This document shows positions 54,286-61,135 of a DNA stretch of 61,135 nt, in pieces. Numbering within the stretch: position 1 is the first letter of the stretch; each line of letters starts with the position of its first letter. A program made the translations under genes and the position numbers. This DNA is from Escherichia phage Ec1-ASingh. Below the pieces are notes generated by a model that was given only the letters and a program-made list of their open reading frames with translations, searched no databases and was not told the origin of the DNA. The DNA lies in sequence record PQ561393, one strand, 5' to 3'.

Positions 54286-55821
54286 ATGGGTGCAACTACT
54301 ACACATCCGCAGTGGCTAAAATTCAGTCCTCTTTGGGAAAAGATGCTGGACTGTTTTCAGGGTGCGGACCATATTAAGTCTTTAGGGACTAAATATCTTC
54401 CAGCCACTGCATCTATGGAATATGACGGGATGGGCGCTAACGAAGACGGACGTAAGCGCTACGATGCCTATTTACAGAGAGCGAAGTTCCCGGAATACGT
54501 GAACGATGCTGTTCTGCAACACGGGGGCACGCTGCACCGTAAACCGGCCGTTATTGTGCTACCAGAAGCGATGGAACCACTTCGTAAGCGAATCACCAGC
54601 AAAGGTGAAGGGTTAGATCAGCTACTGCGCCGCATAAACGAGCTACAGCTTCGCGATGGTCGCTTGGGCCTTCTGGTAGACCTGCCCCAAGGCGAAACTC
54701 GCGGCACGCTGCCCTACGTTGCCGTATATGAGGCTCTCGCGATTCGCAATTGGGATGACGGCGATGATACTCTGGGCCATAAAGCACTTAACTTCGTTCG
54801 TTTGGATGAAAGTAAGTATGTCATGGATCATGCGTCAAAAGACTGGCACTGGAAAATCATTTACCGCGATTTGCTGCTGGGTGCTGTGGAGAAAGACGAA
54901 CAGGAAAATGCGGGCGCCAAATATCATCAAGAACTGCGTGAGGTAGTTGGTACGGATGATGCTGCGCAGGAAAGCGTGATTGCAGAGGTCATCCCTATGT
55001 ACAACGGTAAAGCTATGGAAGCTATTCCGTTCGTATTCTGTAACGCGATGGATCTTGTCGCTGAACCTGACCGTCCACCTTTGCTGACACTTGCCAACCA
55101 GGCAATCAGTATCTACCAAGGCGAAGCGGATTATCGCCAAGCCCTGTTTATGCAGGGGCAGGACACACTGATCGTTAAGGGTGGCATTCTGAACACCAAT
55201 CAGGTGGACGACAAAGCTCCTGTCCGTGTTGGTGCTGGTGCGCGTATTGACGTTACACAGGAAGGTGACGCTAAATACATTGGCGTTAACTCCCAGGGCT
55301 TACCTGAGCAACGTAAAGCGCTCGAAGCTGACCACAAGGACGCGCAGGCTCGCTCCGGTAGTTTGACCAGCGCTGAAAGTGCTTCCCAGGAGTCGGGTGA
55401 TGCACTGCGTATTCGTACTACAACCAAGACTGCGTCACTGGTAGGTATTGCTATCACTGGTGCTGCTGCACTGGAGCAGGTGTTACGCTACATTGCGGAA
55501 TGGATGGGTCTTGATCCGAACGAAGTCACTGTTGCACCGAACATCGACTTTAGCAAGACTATGATGATCGGACAGGACTTTGTGCAGGTAATGACTGCTA
55601 AGAACCTGGGCGCACCTATTTCCGCTGAGTCAGTGCATAACTGGCTGGCAGACAATAGTATGACGACGCTCTCGTTTGAGGACGAGATGAAACGCATCCG
55701 GGAGGAGAATGAGAAGTACAAAGACCTTCTCCAACCTATGCAGAAACCTGATCAAAACCAGCTCCAGCAAACAAGCAACGGCGATACTGGTAAGACCAGC
55801 ACCACTCCACCGAAACAATAG
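54286..55821 (+). CDS. Portal protein
   Basis: 511 aa directly after terminase large subunit; acidic C-terminus. Confidence 0.7.
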   Translation: MGATTTHPQWLKFSPLWEKMLDCFQGADHIKSLGTKYLPATASMEYDGMGANEDGRKRYDAYLQRAKFPEYVNDAVLQHGGTLHRKPAVIVLPEAMEPLRKRITSKGEGLDQLLRRINELQLRDGRLGLLVDLPQGETRGTLPYVAVYEALAIRNWDDGDDTLGHKALNFVRLDESKYVMDHASKDWHWKIIYRDLLLGAVEKDEQENAGAKYHQELREVVGTDDAAQESVIAEVIPMYNGKAMEAIPFVFCNAMDLVAEPDRPPLLTLANQAISIYQGEADYRQALFMQGQDTLIVKGGILNTNQVDDKAPVRVGAGARIDVTQEGDAKYIGVNSQGLPEQRKALEADHKDAQARSGSLTSAESASQESGDALRIRTTTKTASLVGIAITGAAALEQVLRYIAEWMGLDPNEVTVAPNIDFSKTMMIGQDFVQVMTAKNLGAPISAESVHNWLADNSMTTLSFEDEMKRIREENEKYKDLLQPMQKPDQNQLQQTSNGDTGKTSTTPPKQ

Positions 55822-55910
55822 TTTGCATCAACATTAATTATGTCTTAACTTTACTGCGTGCGGGGACGGCCTCGCACGCTTCGTGACACGGGTCACAAAT
55901 GGAGAATAAA

Positions 55911-56798
55911 ATGCGTAAGAATTTAATTGCGATTGCACTGATGTCTTTCCCTGTTGTAGTTATGTCCGCGCTGTCACGCTTCGGCGGTATTGCGCTGTCC
56001 TATGACAAGGAGGATGAAGTCCCGGAGGCACATAAGGAACTGTATACCGAACGTGACGGTAAATGGATCCTGACTGGTGTCGAGGGCGGCGGATACGACA
56101 ACGTTCAGCGCCTGCAGGGTTCGCTCGATAAGGAACGCAAGGATCACAAGGAAACGAAAGGTAAGTACGCCAAGCTGAATGGGCTTGACATCGACGAACT
56201 GCTTACCCGCAACAGTGAGTACGACGAGCTGAAGATCAAAGCCGAAGGCGGTACTGTCGACGAAACCAAGATCGAGCAGATGGTTGGTATTCGCCTGAAG
56301 CAAAAGTTAGCGCCGCTGGAACGTGAGCGTGACGAGCTGAAGACCAAAGTGCAGACCTACGAAACGCAGGTCAACGAGCTGACTGGTAAAGAACGCTCCC
56401 GTCTCATCCGTGATGCAATTCGTGGCGCCGCATCCAAGTTGAAGGTGACCGACACCGCACTGGAAGACGTTGAAGTGTTTGGTGAGCGCCTGTTTGAAGT
56501 TGACGACTCCGGCCGTGTCGTCGCGAAAGACGGCGTCGGTATTACCCCAGGCATCGACCCTGCAATGTGGTTAGGCGACCAGCGTGACAAGAAACCGCAC
56601 TGGTTCCCGGGCAACGTTGGCGGTGGCAGCGGCGGCGGGCGCGGTCAAGGCAACTACGGTTCTAACCCGTGGAGCCATGAGGGTTGGAACCTTACCGAGC
56701 AGGGTAAGATCCTCAAAGAAGATCGTTCCAAAGCAGAACGTATGGCCGCCATGCACGGCGTCGATCTGAAGAAACCTGTACGTCCTGCTAAAAAATAA
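55911..56798 (+). CDS. Scaffolding protein (putative)
   Basis: Coiled-coil, charged, Gly-rich C-terminus; between portal and capsid; start at ATG 55911 with RBS GGAG; hydrophobic N-terminus is unusual. Confidence 0.45.
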   Translation: MRKNLIAIALMSFPVVVMSALSRFGGIALSYDKEDEVPEAHKELYTERDGKWILTGVEGGGYDNVQRLQGSLDKERKDHKETKGKYAKLNGLDIDELLTRNSEYDELKIKAEGGTVDETKIEQMVGIRLKQKLAPLERERDELKTKVQTYETQVNELTGKERSRLIRDAIRGAASKLKVTDTALEDVEVFGERLFEVDDSGRVVAKDGVGITPGIDPAMWLGDQRDKKPHWFPGNVGGGSGGGRGQGNYGSNPWSHEGWNLTEQGKILKEDRSKAERMAAMHGVDLKKPVRPAKK

Positions 56799-56818
56799 TT
56801 TGTAGATATTGCAAGACG

Positions 56819-56885
56819 CTCCCGTTGGTGTTAATTTTACATCAACGGGAGCACGGGCTCCAGTTCAAATAGGAAATTTGGAGCC
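56819..56885 (+). promoter_or_regulatory. Two tandem hairpins between scaffold and capsid genes
   Basis: ctcccgttg-N15-caacgggag and ggctcca-N16-tggagcc; first stem is the same sequence as the terminator stem at 44597. Confidence 0.4.
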
Positions 56886-56934
56886 GTCCACGGGGATATG
56901 GCGCCATAAACTGAAACCGTTTTTGGAGACGACC

Positions 56935-58041
56935 ATGTCGAGAATCCTTGTGTCTGGTGCGCCGATGCTGAACCTTCGCGCTACCAATTCAATTCTGATG
57001 TCCGCGGTGCGCCGTGGTGCCATCACCGAGCTGGACGATGTTATCGTTCCGGAAATCTTTGTACCTTATGTTCAGAACCGTACTACTGAAAAGTCCCGTC
57101 TGATCCAGTCCGGTGCTTTGCAGGTGTCCGAGCGTCTGAACGCCGCCCTGTCGGGCGAAGGTACAACCTTCAACCAGCGCTTCTTCAAAGACCTGGACCG
57201 TGATGAAGAGAACACCTCTTCCGCATCTAACCCGGCCGATTCCACCCCGGGCGGTATTGCCTCAGGGCGTGAGATTCAGGTTCGCCTGTCCCGAAACAAA
57301 TCCTGGGGTTCCGCGGATCTGCTGGACAGTCTGATCGCTCCGGACCCGATGATGGCGATTGGTGATCTGGTCGCCGGATATCGTGCTAACCGTTTGCAGC
57401 GTGCATTCGTTGCGACCGTTAAGGGTGTGTTTGCAATGAACGCCGCTGCGCCAGTAACCTCTGGTGATAAAGCATCCACCCACACTCAGAACGATATGAC
57501 CCGTGACATCTCCGGTTCTACGTTCACCGACGGTGTGACCAACTTCAACCCGGCTGGCGTGATTGCTGCTGCTGGTACTATGGGTGACTCCCTGAACGAA
57601 CTGTCGATGATGATGGTTCACAGCGTTGTCTACCAGCGTATGCAGTTGCTGAACCTGATCGACTACATCCCTGATGCAAGCGGTCAAGTGAACATCGCTA
57701 CTTACATGGGCCGTGAAGTTATCGTGGATGACTCTATGCCGGCCACTGGTGGCGTGTTTGAAACCTGGCTGGTCGGTGCTGGTTCGTTCCAGCTCGGCGT
57801 CGGTTCTGCTAAAGTACCTGTCGAGACGGAACGTAAACCTGCATCCTACCAGGGCGGCGGTTCTGAAATCCTGCACCATCGCTGGGAAAACATCATCCAC
57901 CCTGTCGGTCACGCATGGGTTGGCACTGCGGCAGAAGGCGGCCCGATGAACTCCGCGCTTCAGACTGCTGCGAACTGGGCGCGTGTATTCCCGGAACGTA
58001 AGCAGATCAAAGTCGCTCGACTGATCACCCGTGAGTTTTAA
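56935..58041 (+). CDS. Major capsid protein
   Basis: 368 aa from ATG 56935 with RBS GGAG; position after scaffold; followed by strong terminator. Confidence 0.7.
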   Translation: MSRILVSGAPMLNLRATNSILMSAVRRGAITELDDVIVPEIFVPYVQNRTTEKSRLIQSGALQVSERLNAALSGEGTTFNQRFFKDLDRDEENTSSASNPADSTPGGIASGREIQVRLSRNKSWGSADLLDSLIAPDPMMAIGDLVAGYRANRLQRAFVATVKGVFAMNAAAPVTSGDKASTHTQNDMTRDISGSTFTDGVTNFNPAGVIAAAGTMGDSLNELSMMMVHSVVYQRMQLLNLIDYIPDASGQVNIATYMGREVIVDDSMPATGGVFETWLVGAGSFQLGVGSAKVPVETERKPASYQGGGSEILHHRWENIIHPVGHAWVGTAAEGGPMNSALQTAANWARVFPERKQIKVARLITREF

Positions 58042-58063
58042 TTCTCCAGTACCAGTGTAATCC

Positions 58064-58085
58064 AAGGGCCTACGGGCCCTTTTTC
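58064..58085 (+). terminator. Rho-independent terminator after capsid gene
   Basis: agggcc-tacg-ggccct followed by T5. Confidence 0.6.
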
Positions 58086-58110
58086 GTAAGCAACTAAGAA
58101 GGGGATAAAA

Positions 58111-58452
58111 ATGCGATACGGTAGACACTTGCGGCATCGCCGTCACAGCCGACACGAACGTCACGGTACTAAAGTCCGTGAGTTTATAGCCGGCCCAATT
58201 GTTGTGAGCATTCCTACAACCGCTACAGCGGCAGTCGGTGCAACGTTGACCATTAACGCCACTGTGACAGGCGGGCTTGCACCGCTCACCTATCAGTGGA
58301 AGAAGGATGGTGCAAACGTATCTGGCGCAACCTCGAAGAACTTTACTAAGGCGACTGCGGCGGCAGGGGACTCAGGTAGCTACACGTTAACTGTGACGGA
58401 TGCGGCTGGTAAATCGGTCACGTCAAGCGCTTGCGCTGCAACGGTGGCGTAA
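58111..58452 (+). CDS. Ig-like (Big_2-type) domain head decoration protein
   Basis: C-terminal ~80 aa highly similar to the Ig-like domain of the major tail protein (..YQWKKDGANVSG..DSGSYTLTVTD..); His/Arg-rich N-terminus. Confidence 0.5.
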   Translation: MRYGRHLRHRRHSRHERHGTKVREFIAGPIVVSIPTTATAAVGATLTINATVTGGLAPLTYQWKKDGANVSGATSKNFTKATAAAGDSGSYTLTVTDAAGKSVTSSACAATVA

Positions 58453-58485
58453 CCGACTTTTGTAATGGTTGTGACATATGATAGA

Positions 58486-58522
58486 GGGGTGTTACACTTC
58501 GGTCGTAACACCCCTTTTATTT
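58486..58522 (+). terminator. Rho-independent terminator
   Basis: 10-bp stem ggggtgttac / gtaacacccc followed by TTTTATTT. Confidence 0.6.
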
Positions 58523-58535
58523 GAGGACTGGATAA

Positions 58536-59258
58536 ATGAAAGAAAAGATTATTGAAACACTCCTGAAACTGGACACGACGAACGACAATCAGTGGACGCA
58601 GGACGGTCTCCCGAAAGTAGATGTCCTGAAGTTCTTGTCTGGCGGTGAAACTTGGACCCGCGACCAGATCTCTGAAGCTGCGCCTGGGTTCACCCGTTCT
58701 AACCCTATCATCGGGGACGGTTCTAATGGAGAACTCAACGAAGTGGCTTCCGAACAACCTGTTGAGGGCAAACAGGGTCAGGCATCAGCTCAGGAACAAG
58801 GTTCCGCGGAGCAGGCGGCCGAAGGTGGTGGAGCAGGCCCTGCTAGACAGCAGGAAGCACCGAAGGACGAGACTAATGTGGTCACCAATTCAACCATAAC
58901 CAAGTTGACGGTTGACGTTGGTGTTAACTTCCCAGATCTGATCAAGAACTTCTTAATGGGTCTTGACTTTGTTGACGTGAAGGAAATGAGCGACGACGAG
59001 TTGGCTGAACTGGCCGCGAAGCATAGCGACATCCTGTCGGCTGACAACCAGTTCCTGTCTGAAGTGAACGAGTTTGTGACCAAACGTGCTCACTACCTGA
59101 ACGCGGTTGTGGAGGAGCAGTCTAAACGCGCTCCAGCTGAATCTCAGGCGGACATGCTGGCGCAGTTCCACGCGCGCATGTTCGAAAACCAGCAGAACCT
59201 CCCGATCAACAAGCCTCGTCAGCTTCAGGTACGTGGCCCGCAATACTTTCCTAAGTAA
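58536..59258 (+). CDS. Hypothetical structural protein
   Basis: 240 aa ORF in head module. Confidence 0.45.
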   Translation: MKEKIIETLLKLDTTNDNQWTQDGLPKVDVLKFLSGGETWTRDQISEAAPGFTRSNPIIGDGSNGELNEVASEQPVEGKQGQASAQEQGSAEQAAEGGGAGPARQQEAPKDETNVVTNSTITKLTVDVGVNFPDLIKNFLMGLDFVDVKEMSDDELAELAAKHSDILSADNQFLSEVNEFVTKRAHYLNAVVEEQSKRAPAESQADMLAQFHARMFENQQNLPINKPRQLQVRGPQYFPK

Positions 59259-59268
59259 GGGGTGAAAC

Positions 59269-59379
59269 ATGGCGCTTCCAAAACCTCAGTTAGTATGGTT
59301 CCTCAAACAGCAGAGGAAGAAGCGCCAGGAACCTGTTCCCCTGGCGCAAGGTGTAACGTTTAAACCGAATGAGGGATAA
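59269..59379 (+). CDS. Small basic ORF (36 aa)
   Basis: ATG with RBS AAGGGG; not in ORF track (size cutoff); coding status uncertain. Confidence 0.2.
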   Translation: MALPKPQLVWFLKQQRKKRQEPVPLAQGVTFKPNEG

Positions 59380-59381
59380 AA

Positions 59382-59885
59382 ATGGCTGCGACTTTAATTG
59401 TGGAAACTGGTTCGGGTAATCCCGATGCCAACTCCTATGTCACAGCTGACTATGTGGATGACTACCTTGTGTCTCGCGGGGTAGTTGTTCCACCTACCGA
59501 GAAGCTGATCCCGTTGATTATTCTCGCAGCTGATTTCATGGAATGTATCCCGCGCTATAAGGGGCGTAAGACTAACCCCGACCAGGCGCTTGCATACCCG
59601 CGCGCAGGCCTGCGCAGTAATGGCCAACCCTTACCAGAAGACAGCATACCGGCGCAGCTTAAAAAGGCACAGGCGCAGCTTGTTATGGATCAGGTGCAAA
59701 GCGGTAAACCGTTACTTTCCAGCAAGACCGAATATGTATTGAAACGTCGCACGCTGGGGCCACTGACACAGGAATGGGCAACGGGTAATAGCCAGCAGGT
59801 GCAAGGCGCACAACCGCATCCACGCTTCTGGGCGCTGATGCAAGATTTCTTAAACGGTATGGGTGGCTCGGAGGTTATCCGATGA
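59382..59885 (+). CDS. Head-tail connector / head completion protein (putative)
   Basis: 167 aa, first of four translationally coupled ORFs preceding the major tail gene. Confidence 0.45.
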   Translation: MAATLIVETGSGNPDANSYVTADYVDDYLVSRGVVVPPTEKLIPLIILAADFMECIPRYKGRKTNPDQALAYPRAGLRSNGQPLPEDSIPAQLKKAQAQLVMDQVQSGKPLLSSKTEYVLKRRTLGPLTQEWATGNSQQVQGAQPHPRFWALMQDFLNGMGGSEVIR

Positions 59886-60253
59886 CTATTGCTAGTGAAT
59901 TCTACGATATGGCGGTAGAGATGTTAGGCGATGCCGAAATCGGTTTTGACGGTACGCTTACCATCACGAGCTCTGTCTCTAACCCAGGCAAGCCGTGGAA
60001 CCCAGGGCAGACAACGGAGGACGTTGCTATCCGTTTATTCTACACGGATCAGAAAGCCGGGTATGTTAACGGTAGCCCGATTCTGAAAGGTGAGAAAGTG
60101 TTCCTGTGCTATGCACCCGAGGGCTATAACTTTGGTTATGTCAACGGATCAGGGTTCACTGACCACAACGGTCGGAAATGGAAAGTTAACGCAGTAGAGT
60201 CTATCGGCGCAGGTAATCAGGACATCGTTTACTACTTGAAGATAGGTGCATAA
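59882..60253 (+). CDS. Head-tail joining protein (putative)
   Basis: 123 aa, 4-bp overlap. Confidence 0.4.
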   Translation: MTIASEFYDMAVEMLGDAEIGFDGTLTITSSVSNPGKPWNPGQTTEDVAIRLFYTDQKAGYVNGSPILKGEKVFLCYAPEGYNFGYVNGSGFTDHNGRKWKVNAVESIGAGNQDIVYYLKIGA

Positions 60254-60669
60254 TGGCCAGACCTAGTTTCCGCGACCAGTTCACTAAGGCGCAGCTTACC
60301 GCCATGCAGAAGGCTGCTAAGATGGTGAAAGAACGCACGTACGGCTTTGTTGCTGCCGTCGTTGACGATACACCTGTGGATACTGGTGCGGCAAGGGGCG
60401 GTTGGCAGATTGTTAAAGACCCTGGGCAGATAACGGAGGACACTCCGTTAGACCCTACGGGCGCCGCTACTAAGGCGATGCTCATTAAAAAGATTCGTTA
60501 CCTCCCAATTCACATGGATTGGGATATTTACTTTGGGAACGGAAAACCTTATATCTCTCGCCTGGAGTACGAAGGTTATTCTAAACAAGCTCCGAACGGG
60601 ATGCTGCGTAAAAATATAGCACGCGGCGGTGAAGCGTTCAACGGGTTTAAATTGGGAGACTTCTCATGA
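60253..60669 (+). CDS. Tail completion / neck protein (putative)
   Basis: 138 aa, coupled. Confidence 0.4.
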   Translation: MARPSFRDQFTKAQLTAMQKAAKMVKERTYGFVAAVVDDTPVDTGAARGGWQIVKDPGQITEDTPLDPTGAATKAMLIKKIRYLPIHMDWDIYFGNGKPYISRLEYEGYSKQAPNGMLRKNIARGGEAFNGFKLGDFS

Positions 60670-61133
60670 GTTACCCTTTTGATTGGGTTGAGGATCTAAT
60701 CTACGGTCATCTCGCTTCAGGTCTACCCGATAAAGTGAACGACATGGCCTGGAAGAACTTGACATTTGACCCCGCTGGGCGTACAGTGTGGTTAAAAGTT
60801 ATCAATGCGCCAATTACCGAAGAGGGTATCACTCTTGGGCCGACTGGCGATAACGAACTCCGCGGTTTCCTCCAGATTGGTATTTATACAGCCATCGGGC
60901 AAGGTGTTGCGGAGAGTAAAGAAGTCTACGGGCGCGTGAGCGAACGCTTTAACGTACCCCAGCGACTAGCAGGCCCGACGGGGGACAGCTTCGTTAAGTT
61001 CACGAGCAAAGGCTATTCACAAGGTGGACAGACTTCTATCGGGGACTTCACACGAGGTGGGACTGAAGGTGTTTGGGATGCAGATTATATTACGGTCTAC
61101 TGGCTCGCACGTGAGCCTAAACAGAGGAATTGA
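60666..61133 (+). CDS. Tail terminator-like protein (putative)
   Basis: 155 aa; stop 2 nt before window end; RBS of position-1 ORF follows. Confidence 0.4.
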   Translation: MSYPFDWVEDLIYGHLASGLPDKVNDMAWKNLTFDPAGRTVWLKVINAPITEEGITLGPTGDNELRGFLQIGIYTAIGQGVAESKEVYGRVSERFNVPQRLAGPTGDSFVKFTSKGYSQGGQTSIGDFTRGGTEGVWDADYITVYWLAREPKQRN

Positions 61134-61135
61134 TC

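Noticed and set aside
57262-58164. 300-aa minus-strand ORF
   Set aside because: Antisense to the major capsid gene and spanning its terminator; Arg/His/Thr-rich junk composition.

Overview
The window reads as a complete dsDNA tailed-phage genome (siphovirus-type, enterobacterial-like), linearised between two late genes. The ribosome-binding site for the ORF at position 1 sits at the 3' end of the window, so the ends join seamlessly. Layout: (i) 1-12.9 kb, plus strand: major tail protein with Ig-like domain, tail chaperone pair with a -1 frameshift site, tape measure, minor tail proteins, tail tip, beta-helix tailspike and a fibre. (ii) 13-43.4 kb, minus strand: a long replication/recombination/nucleotide-metabolism block (DNA polymerase, clamp-like protein, SF2 helicase, PD-(D/E)xK exonuclease, SSB-like protein, Sak4-like ATPase, DNA ligase, RNase H, MazG-like, resolvase-like, primase-helicase, 2H phosphoesterase). 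Embedded in it is a 7-deazaguanine DNA-modification module (FolE, QueD, QueE, Gat-QueC, DpdA) of the kind known from phages that carry archaeosine/preQ0-type bases in their DNA. (iii) 43.4-47.1 kb: two unusually long non-coding, repeat-rich regions (iterons, A-tract, tandem 15-bp repeats, G-quadruplex motif) flanking a five-gene minus-strand early block. (iv) 47.1-61.1 kb, plus strand: a translationally coupled cassette containing a C39-like cysteine peptidase, an HTH protein and an HslV/proteasome-like hydrolase; then spanins (embedded Rz1-like lipoprotein), a putative endolysin and holin, terminase, portal, scaffold, capsid, Ig-like decoration protein and head-tail joining proteins. No integrase, tRNA, rRNA or CRISPR array was recognised. 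All calls rest on motif reading by eye plus gene context; no database search was run.
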